Shown one piece after another: positions 8,133 through 18,328 of a stretch of 33,059 nucleotides of DNA. The DNA is from Calditrichota bacterium (GTDB lineage: Bacteria > Zixibacteria > MSB-5A5 > GN15 > FEB-12), in the NCBI GenBank assembly GCA_008501655.1, contig QQUK01000350.1:1-33059 (forward strand), given 5' to 3'. The number at the start of each line of letters is the position of its first letter. The first letter of the stretch is position 1. Under the pieces are notes generated by a model. It saw nothing but the letters and a program-made list of their open reading frames with translations. It did not search any database and had not been told where the DNA came from. The translations under genes and the position numbers were made by a program.

Positions 8133-8999
8133 TTATGCATTTAGCGCCTCGGCACCGGAAACAACTTCGAGGAGTTCCTTCGTAATCTGTGCCTGACGTG
8201 CTTTATTATAATCAAGGGTCAATGTATCGACCATCTCTTCAGCGTTGGTCGTTGCGTTACCCATTGCCATCATCCGGCTGCCGTGTTCTGATGCGATAGC
8301 TTCAGCAAGCGCCATAATCATTTTCGATGTTGCGTAGTTGGGGAGGATTGCATCGTAAATCGATTCCGGATCCGGTTCAAAAATATAATCCATATTAAAT
8401 CCGGCTTCTTCGTCGACTTCAGGTCGGGCGATAGGTAAATATCTTTTTGTCTGCAGTTTATATTTCACAGTTGAAATAAACTGGGTATATATAAGAGCTA
8501 TTTCATCGGTATCCCCGGAAAGAAAACGGTCAGATGCTAAAGAAACAATCTCTTTTGCTTTATCATAGTCGATAACACCACCCCAGTCCTGGAAGTTTGC
8601 AGTGATTTTCCAGCTGCGGCGTTTGAAATAGTCATGACATTTTTTACCAACGGTGATTATGTCGATATCATAAGCAGCATTCTCTTTCAGCCAGTTGTTA
8701 GCCAGCCTGAGAACGTTTGCATTATACGAACCGCAAAGTCCGCGGTCGGAAGTAATGACTATCAGTGTTTTCTTTTTGACTTCACGTTCTTCAAAGTATG
8801 GATGGGTAATTTCATCGGATGATGCTGTTGCCAGATGCGAAAGCATCAGGTCAAGCTTTTCCGAATATGGTCTTGCCTGCTCTACGCGCTGTTGGGCACG
8901 GCGAAGTTTAGCGGCAGCGACCATCTCCATCGCTTTGGTGATACGCTTGGTCGATTCAACAGTTTTTATTCTTTTTTTGACTTCTCTTAAAGTCGGCAT
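8133..8999 (-). CDS. atpG: F1 ATP synthase gamma subunit
   Basis: 288 aa with N-terminal LREVKKRIKTVESTKRITKAMEMVAAAKLRRAQ and C-terminal ITKELLEVVSGAEAL, the hallmark gamma coiled-coil ends. Confidence 0.96.
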   Translation of the reverse strand: MPTLREVKKRIKTVESTKRITKAMEMVAAAKLRRAQQRVEQARPYSEKLDLMLSHLATASSDEITHPYFEEREVKKKTLIVITSDRGLCGSYNANVLRLANNWLKENAAYDIDIITVGKKCHDYFKRRSWKITANFQDWGGVIDYDKAKEIVSLASDRFLSGDTDEIALIYTQFISTVKYKLQTKRYLPIARPEVDEEAGFNMDYIFEPDPESIYDAILPNYATSKMIMALAEAIASEHGSRMMAMGNATTNAEEMVDTLTLDYNKARQAQITKELLEVVSGAEALNA

Positions 9000-9023
9000 A
9001 CTTTCATCTATCTTTCAATTGTG

Positions 9024-10550
9024 CTAGACAATTTCATCAACTTCAGCTTTAAACTGTCCTTTGAATGCATCGACAGCTTTGACTAATTCCGCTTCTGTGT
9101 TTTCGGAAATCTTCAGTTCTTTTTCAAGATTATGTTTGATATCCGGATATTTTTCATTACAGAATGCGATAAATTCTTTTTCAAATTGTTCAACAGCTTG
9201 TTTTGGAATGTCATCAAAGTACCCTTTGGCACCTACCCAGATAATCATTACCTGCTCGGTAACAGCCATCGGTACATACTGACCCTGTTTCAGAAGTTCA
9301 ACCATCTTTTCACCGCGGTTCAGCTGTCTTTGGGTACCTTCATCAAGATCGGAACCGAACTGGGTGAATGCTGCAAGTTCACGATACTGAGCTAAATCGA
9401 GTTTTAATGAACCGGCAACCTGTTTCATCATCTTCTGCTGAGCGTTACCACCCACACGGGATACAGAGATACCAACGTTAATAGCAGGTCTGATACCGGC
9501 AAAGAATAGTTCACCTTCAAGGAATATCTGACCGTCGGTAATAGAAATCACGTTAGTAGGGATATATGCGGATACGTCACCTGCCTGTGTTTCAATAATC
9601 GGAAGAGCGGTCAATGAACCGGCACCGAGTTTATCTGAAAGTTTTGCGGCACGTTCCAGAAGTCTTGAGTGGCAGTAGAACACGTCACCCGGATATGCTT
9701 CACGTCCCGGAGGGCGGCGGAGCAAAAGCGAAAGCTGACGATAAGCTGCTGCCTGTTTTGACAAATCATCGTACACACAGAGAACATGTTTTCCATTGTA
9801 CATAAATTCTTCACCCATCGCACAACCGGCATATGGAGCAATATACTGCAGCGGAGCCGGGTCGGTTGCTGATGCGGTTACAACGATTGTGTATTCCATC
9901 GCACCTTTGGCACGAAGCGTTTCCACAACCTGTGCTACGGTAGAGGCTTTCTGACCGATAGCAACATAAACACATATTACATCTGTATTTTTCTGATTGA
10001 TAATGGTATCGATTGCGATAGCTGTTTTACCGGTCTGACGGTCACCAATGATAAGTTCTCGTTGACCACGACCGATCGGGATCATTGAGTCAACAGCTTT
10101 GAGACCGGTCTGAAGCGGTTCTTTTACCGGCTGACGTTCAATAACCGAGGGTGCCATACCTTCAATAATTCTTGTTTTATCAGTGACAATCGGACCTTTA
10201 CCGTCAAGCGGTTCGCCAAGCGGATTTACAACACGACCGATAAGAGCATCACCGACTGGAACCGAAGCTACTTTACCGGTTCTGCGGACTGTGTCACCTT
10301 CTTTAATCAACGTATCGGAACCAAAGATTGCAGCACCGACATTATCTTCTTCCAAGTTCAAAACCATGCCCATGACATCACCGGGGAATTGAATCAACTC
10401 GGACATCATCACGTCTTCGAGTCCCCAGATACGGGCTATACCATCACCAACCTGGAGAACCGTTCCAACCGATTCCATCTCCAGTTTGGTCTCGTATTTT
10501 TCAATCTCTCTTTTTAATACCGACGAGACTTCTTCAGGATTAAGACCCAT
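9024..10550 (-). CDS. atpA: F1 ATP synthase alpha subunit
   Basis: 508 aa with Walker [14 protein letters not shown] Shine-Dalgarno lies 6 nt upstream of the ATG. Confidence 0.98.
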   Translation of the reverse strand: MGLNPEEVSSVLKREIEKYETKLEMESVGTVLQVGDGIARIWGLEDVMMSELIQFPGDVMGMVLNLEEDNVGAAIFGSDTLIKEGDTVRRTGKVASVPVGDALIGRVVNPLGEPLDGKGPIVTDKTRIIEGMAPSVIERQPVKEPLQTGLKAVDSMIPIGRGQRELIIGDRQTGKTAIAIDTIINQKNTDVICVYVAIGQKASTVAQVVETLRAKGAMEYTIVVTASATDPAPLQYIAPYAGCAMGEEFMYNGKHVLCVYDDLSKQAAAYRQLSLLLRRPPGREAYPGDVFYCHSRLLERAAKLSDKLGAGSLTALPIIETQAGDVSAYIPTNVISITDGQIFLEGELFFAGIRPAINVGISVSRVGGNAQQKMMKQVAGSLKLDLAQYRELAAFTQFGSDLDEGTQRQLNRGEKMVELLKQGQYVPMAVTEQVMIIWVGAKGYFDDIPKQAVEQFEKEFIAFCNEKYPDIKHNLEKELKISENTEAELVKAVDAFKGQFKAEVDEIV

Positions 10551-10628
10551 TATGTTCTCCTTCAGACAGTGAGATTCTCTCTGCCTTTATATGTTCAAAC
10601 ATCATATTCATTTTTATTTCGAATACAC

Positions 10629-11177
10629 TTAGTGTACCCGTACTTTATCCAACTGTTCTTCTACCATATTCAGCCCGTGCGAAACAGAACCGTCGATAAT
10701 TTCATTATGGAGAATGACGATCATTCCGCCGATAATCGATTTATCAACTTTCTCCTCAAGGACAATCTCAAGGTTTGTCTTTTTGTGCATCTGTACTTTT
10801 AAATTATCCCGTTCAGAATCGATAAGCGGGACTGCGGTAATAACAGTCACTCTGCCGATACCGCGTTCAGCTTCGACCAGCCGGTCAAATTCGTCAATGA
10901 TTTCTGCCAAAAATTTAATTCTGTTTTTGTTAATCAACACGATCAAAAATTCTACGAACAGCTTTTCGATTCGCGGTTCAAACACATCGCGAACCACCTT
11001 CAGTTTGTGTCCGTCGAGGACCTGAGGAGCCGAGAGAAAGTTTATAATCGTTCTGTCTTTGGATATCATCGTTTTCAATGCATTGAACTGATCGTATGCA
11101 TTGTCTACTAAGTTTTTCTCTTTGACCGAGAGAAATAATCCGTTTGCGTATGCTTTGGCTACTTCTTGTGACAGCAC
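10629..11177 (-). CDS. atpH: F1 ATP synthase delta (OSCP) subunit
   Basis: 182 aa, OSCP-like (VAKAYANGLF..., ...IIGGMIVILHNEIIDGSV). Positioned between atpF and atpA. The start codon is GTG; there is no in-frame ATG. Confidence 0.88.
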   Translation of the reverse strand: MLSQEVAKAYANGLFLSVKEKNLVDNAYDQFNALKTMISKDRTIINFLSAPQVLDGHKLKVVRDVFEPRIEKLFVEFLIVLINKNRIKFLAEIIDEFDRLVEAERGIGRVTVITAVPLIDSERDNLKVQMHKKTNLEIVLEEKVDKSIIGGMIVILHNEIIDGSVSHGLNMVEEQLDKVRVH

Positions 11178-11181
11178 GTTG

Positions 11182-11664
11182 TTATACCTTCTCTATACCG
11201 TCGATGAAACTTGCGATCAACTGACGGTGTTTATCATCATCAAGCTTTTCGTTGATAATTTTTGAAGCCGCAGCAATAGTGACATCTACCATATCATCTT
11301 TGAGCTGTACTTTTGCTTTGGCAATATCGCGTTCGATTTCGGACTTTGCTTTTTCGGATAATTTCTGTGCTTCCGCGTGCGCAGTTGCTTTGATTTCCTC
11401 AGCGATCTCTTTACCTTCGGTAACTGCTTCGGTAATCTTTTTTCTGCGCTCGTCATCAATACTACTCAGCTTAGCCTGATATTCCGCAGTCAGTTTTTCG
11501 ACTTCGGAGTGACCTTCTTCGATTTTGGCAAACTCGCTTTTAATCTTTTCACGGCGTTCGTCAAGCATCGACATGATCGGTCCCCAGGCATACTTCTTGA
11601 GTATCCAGACGGTAATCAGAAATCCGATAGTATGCGTTATAAATAATTGTAAGTTAAAGTCCAT
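11182..11664 (-). CDS. atpF: Fo ATP synthase subunit b
   Basis: 160 aa with a single N-terminal TM helix followed by a long charged helix rich in E/K/A, in the operon position of subunit b. Confidence 0.9.
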   Translation of the reverse strand: MDFNLQLFITHTIGFLITVWILKKYAWGPIMSMLDERREKIKSEFAKIEEGHSEVEKLTAEYQAKLSSIDDERRKKITEAVTEGKEIAEEIKATAHAEAQKLSEKAKSEIERDIAKAKVQLKDDMVDVTIAAASKIINEKLDDDKHRQLIASFIDGIEKV

Positions 11665-11719
11665 TACGTTTCGTACCTTTATATTAGGTTATTTGATAAG
11701 ACGGTTTAAAATTTGTCGC

Positions 11720-11953
11720 TTATCCAATTTTACCGGAAAGAATAAAGAATACAACTAACGCATAAATGGTCAACGCTTCAATAAGAGCGGCACCGATAAT
11801 CATAGCGGTCTGAATTTTACCGGCTGCTTCCGGCTGACGGCCGATTGCTTCCATAGCGGAACCAACTGCGCGCCCTAAACCTAATCCTGAACCAACTGCT
11901 GCAAGACCAACACCCATCGGAAGTGCCCATGCTAACATTGCCTGATAATCCAT
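11720..11953 (-). CDS. atpE: Fo ATP synthase subunit c
   Basis: 77-aa hairpin proteolipid with the GRQPE loop and the carboxylate in AALIEALTIYAL. Confidence 0.95.
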   Translation of the reverse strand: MDYQAMLAWALPMGVGLAAVGSGLGLGRAVGSAMEAIGRQPEAAGKIQTAMIIGAALIEALTIYALVVFFILSGKIG

Positions 11954-12006
11954 TTTGTTACTCCTAAAAAGTTTTAGTTATAGTTTGTTTTGTTTTCTTC
12001 TAACTG

Positions 12007-12822
12007 TTAGTGATGTTCCTCGTGAGGAAGCATCATCAATATATAAATTGTCGAGAGCAGGGTGAATACTAACGCCTGAATCGTCGACAGTAAAATTCCA
12101 AGTAAAATAAACGGGATATTGAACGGTAGACCTACGGGTGAATGCATAAAACTGAGGGCTGACAATCCCAGTCCGACAAAAGCAGCAACGAGAATATCTT
12201 CACCGGTAATATTTCCGAACAAACGTAAAGCAAGTGAAAACGGCTTGGCAAACTCACCGATAATGTGCATCGGGAGCATCAGCGGTACCAGACACCATCC
12301 GATAACATCGCGCGGCTGACCGGCAAGATGGTCGATATAGCCGACAAATCCTAATCTTGAAAGACCGGTATACTGCGCATATAAAAAGACTAAAATAGCC
12401 AGCGAAGCAGTAATCATCAGAGATGTTGATGGTGAGAACCCGCCGGGAATAATACCCAAAAAGTTCATCGCTAAGATATAGAAAAAGAGGGTACCTAAAA
12501 ACGGCAGATACGTTTTTGTATCTTTACCGAGAATTGTTTCAAGAAAGTTATACATACCCTCAATCAGAACCTCCATAAAGTTCTGAAATGGACCGGGAAT
12601 CAACTGACGTTTGCCATAGACTCTAAGAGCAGCAACAGCAAAAACTATCGAAATCAAAGTTGTAAAGATTACCGGTTTAAAAGTATGCAGAAATCCGTCA
12701 TGAACAAAGTACCCGATAAAATCAGGAAGGTGGGTACCTCCACCTCCTTCGGATGCGTATATAACCGCCGGGATTAAAGTTAACCCAAAGACACTTGCTA
12801 TTATTTTCACTAACTTATTCAA
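12007..12822 (-). CDS. atpB: Fo ATP synthase subunit a
   Basis: 271 aa, polytopic, with the essential Arg in FSLALRLFGNITGE. The start is TTG at 12822 (or GTG at 12810); there is no in-frame ATG. Confidence 0.93.
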   Translation of the reverse strand: MNKLVKIIASVFGLTLIPAVIYASEGGGGTHLPDFIGYFVHDGFLHTFKPVIFTTLISIVFAVAALRVYGKRQLIPGPFQNFMEVLIEGMYNFLETILGKDTKTYLPFLGTLFFYILAMNFLGIIPGGFSPSTSLMITASLAILVFLYAQYTGLSRLGFVGYIDHLAGQPRDVIGWCLVPLMLPMHIIGEFAKPFSLALRLFGNITGEDILVAAFVGLGLSALSFMHSPVGLPFNIPFILLGILLSTIQALVFTLLSTIYILMMLPHEEHH

Positions 12823-12823
12823 A

Positions 12824-13237
12824 TTAAATCACCTTCTGAGTTCTGTTGTTTGACTCCTGTGTATCAAGCCCGAGAAATACTCTCCCTAAAGCTTTTAACA
12901 CTAAAACGGCGAGAACTAAAGTAAATCCATAAATAACAGGGTAAACAGAAAACTGCTCTATTGTTAACAGAAAATATCCTGATACATAGAGCAGTGGGAA
13001 TTTGACCAATGCGATCATAATGACAGATGCAGTATCCGTTTTTTCGGGTCGGAATGCTTCCTGCACAAATCGTTTTAACAGCATCATATTTACCATACCG
13101 AAAATTCCACCGGAAAAGAATGCCAAAGCATTCCAAAATCCGAAATAATACATCCCAAAAACTAAAGAAATCAACAGCACCAAGGCGGTTGTTTTTAAAG
13201 TACGGTCGATAAAATCCAGATTAAAACGGCTATTCAT
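12824..13237 (-). CDS. atpI: ATP synthase protein I-like small membrane protein
   Basis: 137 aa with 4 predicted TM helices, immediately upstream of atpB, consistent with the ATP-synt_I family. The assignment rests on position and topology, not on a strong motif. Confidence 0.6.
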   Translation of the reverse strand: MNSRFNLDFIDRTLKTTALVLLISLVFGMYYFGFWNALAFFSGGIFGMVNMMLLKRFVQEAFRPEKTDTASVIMIALVKFPLLYVSGYFLLTIEQFSVYPVIYGFTLVLAVLVLKALGRVFLGLDTQESNNRTQKVI

Positions 13238-13496
13238 TTTCGTTTTCTTCGCTCTTTTGCATCTGTTCAGCTTTTTTTACAAGCTTATATATTTCAAAAC
13301 CGGCTGAAGTAAAGCCAAGTACAATTCCAATAATGAGAAACAGCGGTTCCGTATCAAATTTTTCGTCCAACCATCGACCGGCTAAAAAGCCTACAGCCGG
13401 TCCGGCAATCAATAAAGCCGGGATTGCCGCGAGCAGGCTAAAAGCTCCTAAGTCTCTGTTAGACTTTTTCTTAGGGTCGGGGTTTAATATACCCAT
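13230..13496 (-). CDS. atpZ: AtpZ/ATPase_gene1-family small membrane protein
   Basis: 88 aa with two TM helices. The motif GFLAGRWLDEKFDTEPLFLIIGIVLGFTSAGFEIYKLVKK fits the AtpZ family pattern G..lD..lgT.P.f...g.llG. It is the first gene of the operon and overlaps atpI by 8 nt. Confidence 0.7.
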   Translation of the reverse strand: MGILNPDPKKKSNRDLGAFSLLAAIPALLIAGPAVGFLAGRWLDEKFDTEPLFLIIGIVLGFTSAGFEIYKLVKKAEQMQKSEENENE

Positions 13497-13520
13497 ACAC
13501 CTGCCTTTATATTAAGACCG

Positions 13521-13548
13521 AATATAGGTAAGGCATGGATAAAGTCAA
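13521..13548 (-). promoter_or_regulatory. sigma70-type promoter of the atp operon
   Basis: The minus strand reads TTGACT (13548-13543), 16 nt, TATATT (13526-13521), about 25 nt upstream of the atpZ ATG (13496). Confidence 0.45.
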
Positions 13549-13742
13549 CCGTTTTTTACCCTTTTTTGCCATTTTTGCATCAAATAGTATCCCTTTTTCT
13601 CTCCTAAAATACGAAAAAAAACAGATTTTGGGATTCTGTTTCCACGTTCATTTTGAGTAAACAATTTGCTTCTAAATTCGTTTTATAACTACCCGCTAAA
13701 ATTGCGTATTTAAACTATAAAGTAAGCATTTACAGATTTCGA

Positions 13743-13770
13743 TTGAATTTCAAGTATTTATGATTATTTT
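13743..13770 (+). promoter_or_regulatory. candidate promoter of the 841-aa gene
   Basis: TTGAAT (13743-13748), 16 nt, TATTTT (13765-13770), 37 nt upstream of the ATG at 13807. The -10 is only a partial match. Confidence 0.2.
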
Positions 13771-13806
13771 GGTATTCTAATTTTTTTAAGAGAAAGAAAC
13801 AAAGAA

Positions 13807-16332
13807 ATGACAAGACATAGATTTAGCATTTTCATCCTGATAACTTTGTTTGCTTTGATTTACTCGCACACTTCTGCCCAAACAGAAGATGAGATTTACA
13901 AACTTTTTAATCCTCCGGAAAACAGTAAATATAACATGTTTCCGAAATCAGCTGATTATAATCCATATTACAGCTATCGCTTTCACAAAAATGGTCTTAT
14001 GTGGACTACTATCAACAACAACGGCATAGTCGGAAACTTCTTTGGCGTATCCGATCCGGAGATAGGCAGAACCGGTCCAGCTTATTTTTTCCCCCGCTAT
14101 TCCAGATACCGCCATGGGTTCAATACCGCACTCTGGGTTGGCGGAATTGTCGAATCTGATACACTCGTTTCTGTCAGTCTTGATGTAGATTATCGCGGCT
14201 GGTGGACACGTTGGAATACTGAATTTTGGCCTGAGGAATACCCGGATGGAGAATTCAGAGAGCTTGTCAAAGATCTGGGGACGGCATTTAATTCAACCGA
14301 TTACAGGTCACAGGTCATTTATGAAGCGACATATGTTGATACATTTCAATTTGAAGATTTTGTTCCGTTCAGCACCATCGACCAAAGGTATCATAAGCCA
14401 CTGGACATCAAAGTCATTCAGGATAGTTACAGCTGGTCGTATAAGTATGCTGAGGACTTTATTATTGTAAACTACAAAATCATAAATCTTGGTTATAAAA
14501 CAATCAATGACGCTTTTGTCGGATTGTACCATATCGGTGCTAATCATTTAACCGGTGAACTTCCTTACCCGATTCTTGATGATATTGAAGGATATATAGA
14601 TTCTATAGATTACGAATTCCCCGAACTTGGTAAAGAGCCGATGAATATCTCCTGGTCCTGTGATGTCGACGGAAATCCAACCGGACCGAACTGGACACTC
14701 TGGTCAACACCAAATGTAATGGGGATTGCACCTCTCAATTTGAAACCGGAACAAAATATCAGAAATTTCAACTGGTGGGTTGATGTACCCGGAGGGACAT
14801 GGGGACCCCGTCAAAAGGGTACTATTGATGAACCACTTCGCCTATTTCGCGGTCAACTCGGAGCACCGGTTGGAGATGCAAATAAATATTATATGATGTC
14901 ATTTCCCGAAGTAGATTATAACGGTTACAAAGCAGCGATTAATCAGGAACCGTGGGGATGGATGCCTCCGCATGAAGAGTGGAAAGAAAATATCACCGAA
15001 GGACATTACGTACACTACCTGACTTCATACGGTCCCTATACGATCGAACCGGGTAAATCTATAAATCTTGCAGTTGCCTATGCTGTCGGTGAAGATATAC
15101 ATACTTACGGAGGCGCCTATGCCGACTTTTTTGATTTATATAACCCGCAGGAATTCCTGAACTATCTGAACTTCGAAAATCTGACTACCAATATTCGCTG
15201 GGCTAAAAGAATTTATGACAATCCCGGCGTAGATACTGATTTTGACGGTGACTCGGGAAAAGCTTTTACATACTACGATTCGGTTACACAGGAATCACTC
15301 CGGGTCTTTTATGAAGGTGATGGCGTACCTGATTTTAAAGGGGCTTCCCCCCCGCCTTCACCGCCAATACGGGTAAGTACCGAAGATGGTAAGATTACGA
15401 TTAGATGGAACGGAAGAGCTGTTGAAAATTTCTTTGATACATTTACTTTGATTCGTGATTTTGAAGGGTATCGTGTTTATGTTGCCCGCTCAAGAAATCC
15501 TCAGGATATTGTACTGCAGACAAGTTACGACCGGGAGGACTATAGCAGGTGGTTGTGGAATAATAAACGGAAGAGATATGAACTTAAAGAAACTCCGTTT
15601 ACAATTGATTCTCTGCAAATTCTTTATGGGGATAGTTTTCAGCCGCTTCTTTTTAACAGACATACTCCTTACAATGACGGTGTAAATCTTATGTATTTTA
15701 CTAAAGTTGACTACAATAATGATTATCTTCTGGACCCAAGCGAAATTCATAAAATTTATCCCGATGCTACCAGAGACACATCAGATGTCGATGAAGAAGG
15801 CAGAATGCGTTATTATGAATATGAATATGTAATCGAAGACTTGCTTCCATCGGTTGCATACTATGTCTCGGTAACAGCTTTTGATTTCGGATATCCGGCT
15901 AAGTCATTAGGAGCATTGGAATCATCACCCTATGAAAACCTGGTTAAAGTTTTTGCATTGGATCAATCACATGAAGACGTTTTAACTGAAGACCAAAAGC
16001 TCGACGTCTATGTGTTCCCGAATCCGTATATAGATGATCTCCGCTACCGGAGGGATAGTTATGAAAACCGGTTTGATGATCTGCATTTTGACCGGTCCCG
16101 CAGAATCTACTTTGCAAATCTTCCGAATAAATGCACCATTAAGATATTCTCTTTGGATGGTGATTTGATTAAAGAATTGCATCATGATGAACCGATAGGG
16201 AGCGGTACTCAGTCAGTTGCAGAGTTTGATCTGATTACAAAAAACACCCAGGCACTCGAATCCGGATTGTACTATTTCACCGTTGAATCAGCCCTTGGCA
16301 ATCAAGTCGGTAAGTTTGTAATAATCAGATAG
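13807..16332 (+). CDS. secreted protein of unknown function with FN3-like module and T9SS-type C-terminal sorting domain
   Basis: Signal peptide MTRHRFSIFILITLFALIYSHTSAQ. Acidic Ca-binding-like motifs DTDFDGDSG and YEGDGVPDF. FN3-like stretch PPSPPIRVSTEDGKITIRWNG...FEGYRVYVARS. The C-terminal ~110 aa (VYVFPNPY...CTIKIFSLDGDLIKEL...SGLYYFTVES...GKFVIIR) matches the Por/T9SS CTD (FlgD-Ig-like) pattern. I recognise no catalytic motif. Confidence 0.75.
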   Translation: MTRHRFSIFILITLFALIYSHTSAQTEDEIYKLFNPPENSKYNMFPKSADYNPYYSYRFHKNGLMWTTINNNGIVGNFFGVSDPEIGRTGPAYFFPRYSRYRHGFNTALWVGGIVESDTLVSVSLDVDYRGWWTRWNTEFWPEEYPDGEFRELVKDLGTAFNSTDYRSQVIYEATYVDTFQFEDFVPFSTIDQRYHKPLDIKVIQDSYSWSYKYAEDFIIVNYKIINLGYKTINDAFVGLYHIGANHLTGELPYPILDDIEGYIDSIDYEFPELGKEPMNISWSCDVDGNPTGPNWTLWSTPNVMGIAPLNLKPEQNIRNFNWWVDVPGGTWGPRQKGTIDEPLRLFRGQLGAPVGDANKYYMMSFPEVDYNGYKAAINQEPWGWMPPHEEWKENITEGHYVHYLTSYGPYTIEPGKSINLAVAYAVGEDIHTYGGAYADFFDLYNPQEFLNYLNFENLTTNIRWAKRIYDNPGVDTDFDGDSGKAFTYYDSVTQESLRVFYEGDGVPDFKGASPPPSPPIRVSTEDGKITIRWNGRAVENFFDTFTLIRDFEGYRVYVARSRNPQDIVLQTSYDREDYSRWLWNNKRKRYELKETPFTIDSLQILYGDSFQPLLFNRHTPYNDGVNLMYFTKVDYNNDYLLDPSEIHKIYPDATRDTSDVDEEGRMRYYEYEYVIEDLLPSVAYYVSVTAFDFGYPAKSLGALESSPYENLVKVFALDQSHEDVLTEDQKLDVYVFPNPYIDDLRYRRDSYENRFDDLHFDRSRRIYFANLPNKCTIKIFSLDGDLIKELHHDEPIGSGTQSVAEFDLITKNTQALESGLYYFTVESALGNQVGKFVIIR

Positions 16333-16333
16333 C

Positions 16334-16747
16334 TTATAGTACATACAGCATAAGATAAATCAATACACCGGTCACTGAAACAAACATCCAGACATACCAG
16401 ACGAACTTGGCAAGTTTTTTATGTTTTTCAAAATTTTCTTTAAATGCCTGATATACGATATAGATAATAAACGGTACCTGAACCGCGGCCAAAATAATAT
16501 GGGGAATCAAAATAGCAAAGTATAATGGTCGGGTCCAGTCATGGTGTGGGTAAGGAACCGAACGTGCAAAATAATGATAGATAAGATACGAGGTGAGAAA
16601 AAACAGCGAAGAAACAAGTGCTGTCACCATCATCTTTTTATGCCCGGCTCTGTCCCCTTTTTTGATTTTTATAAATCCTAAAACCAAAAAAACAGCTGCT
16701 ATAAAATTCAATGCAGCATTTAATGTCGGAAGGTCCTGTATGCTCAT
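16334..16747 (-). CDS. DUF420 membrane protein (CtaM-like oxidase assembly factor)
   Basis: 137 aa with 4 TM helices. N-terminus LPTLNAALNFIAAVFLVLGFIKIKKGDRAGHKKMM and the HY...PYPHHDW stretch are typical of DUF420. Its ATG overlaps the SCO stop (ATGA). Confidence 0.8.
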   Translation of the reverse strand: MSIQDLPTLNAALNFIAAVFLVLGFIKIKKGDRAGHKKMMVTALVSSLFFLTSYLIYHYFARSVPYPHHDWTRPLYFAILIPHIILAAVQVPFIIYIVYQAFKENFEKHKKLAKFVWYVWMFVSVTGVLIYLMLYVL

Positions 16748-17334
16748 TCTTTCGATAAAACCTTTATATCATCTATTAACTGTTCGACAGACGCAATCTC
16801 CACACCTGAATAATAACCACGAATATTTAGGAGCTCATCGACAAGCACAAACTTTGTTGAATGTGCTCCGGGGAGGTCTTCAGCAGCAAGTTTAAATCCG
16901 TTTTCACAGACATCAACGACCGATTCCATATCAGCCCGAAGAAAATTCCACCGGTCATCGGTCACACCTTTATCGATTGCATACTGTTTTAAGACTTCGA
17001 GCGAATCATAATCCGGGTCAACTGATATTGAGACAATCTGAACTTTATCATTTCCATAAAAATTATCGTATACAACTCTCATATTTTCAGCCATAAGCGG
17101 GCAAGGGCCTTTACATCGGGTAAAAATAAAATCAACAACAGTTATTTTACCGGACATATTATCCGAGCCGAAAGCAACTGAATCCTGATTTACAAAAGTA
17201 AACTGGGGAACGGCGGTATGAACAATCAATTCGTTTTGACCAGCCGTCCGGGTTAAGAGAAAATATGAAGTAGCAGCCAAAATTATAAAAACTAATGAAA
17301 TTGCTAAAACTCGATAAACAACTATTCCACGCAT
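16744..17334 (-). CDS. SCO/SenC-family copper chaperone
   Basis: 196 aa with an N-terminal anchor, a thioredoxin fold carrying CKGPCP (CxxxC), and the downstream His in GAHSTKFVLVD. Confidence 0.88.
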   Translation of the reverse strand: MRGIVVYRVLAISLVFIILAATSYFLLTRTAGQNELIVHTAVPQFTFVNQDSVAFGSDNMSGKITVVDFIFTRCKGPCPLMAENMRVVYDNFYGNDKVQIVSISVDPDYDSLEVLKQYAIDKGVTDDRWNFLRADMESVVDVCENGFKLAAEDLPGAHSTKFVLVDELLNIRGYYSGVEIASVEQLIDDIKVLSKE

Positions 17335-17335
17335 T

Positions 17336-18259
17336 TTATATATTCTCCATCTGTTTTATATGCAGATACAAAAACAACACCATCCCAATAAATATTGATG
17401 CCATCCAGAGATGAAACACCTGGGTCATCGGTAAAGTTGCAAACACCATAAATGAAAGACCTAAGAAAAGCTGTATCATTACAATCAATGAGATAAACCC
17501 GGCAAATTTCTGCATCAACGGTGTTATTTGGTCTTTATGTTTTAAAATTTTCAAGGTTACATAAATCGTATAAGCAGCCAGAAAAACTCCGATTGTCATA
17601 TGAAGATGATTTACCATCCCGACTTTTGTCAACCATTCCATCGCTGAAAGGTCAGGATATTCTCGAGCAAAGTTTTCTAAAGCTGCCCGAATCTGCGTAC
17701 CGAACATTATCTGCACCAACCCAATTATCCAGAGTATACCGGGAAAATGCGAAAGCTTAGTTGTTATTTTTTTCTTCGGTATATCTTTCGTTTCAATAAA
17801 ATAAGCCTGCGCTGAAGTATAGATTAGCAGTGACACAATGAGCAATGCGAGAATCAAGTGAACGGTAATCACTATCGGTTCTAAAAGTGACGATACCACA
17901 ACTGAACCCTGATACCCCTGTATTGCAGTCAGGATAGCAGCCGCACAAGCCGGGTAGAGTATTTTTTTGTGCGAACGATACTTCATAATCGCCCAAACTG
18001 CGGTAATCAGTATAAAAATACCGACTGTCATCCCGCATAGTCTGTTAATATATTCAGTCCATGCAAGAGTGATATTAAAATGTTCAACCATATCCGGCGG
18101 TACCTGATCAAGCGAGGTCGGTGGAATCCATCTTCCAAAACAGGTCGGCCAATCAGGACATCCCAGTCCGGCACCGGAGACACGCACAAAACCGCCGATA
18201 AATATCAGGAAATATGTTGTTATTGTTGTAAACAGGGAAAATTTGCGAAATGACTTCAT
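17336..18259 (-). CDS. ctaA: heme A synthase (COX15/CtaA)
   Basis: 307 aa with 8 TM helices, the N-terminal GAGLGCPDWPTCFG cysteine pair, and conserved His in TM helices (VNHLHMTIG, VFHLWMA). Confidence 0.88.
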   Translation of the reverse strand: MKSFRKFSLFTTITTYFLIFIGGFVRVSGAGLGCPDWPTCFGRWIPPTSLDQVPPDMVEHFNITLAWTEYINRLCGMTVGIFILITAVWAIMKYRSHKKILYPACAAAILTAIQGYQGSVVVSSLLEPIVITVHLILALLIVSLLIYTSAQAYFIETKDIPKKKITTKLSHFPGILWIIGLVQIMFGTQIRAALENFAREYPDLSAMEWLTKVGMVNHLHMTIGVFLAAYTIYVTLKILKHKDQITPLMQKFAGFISLIVMIQLFLGLSFMVFATLPMTQVFHLWMASIFIGMVLFLYLHIKQMENI

Positions 18260-18328
18260 CTCATCCTCATTATCATAAAGAAATCAATTTAGTTCTATGA
18301 TAGATGCGCAGGATGAATCTGACAAGTT

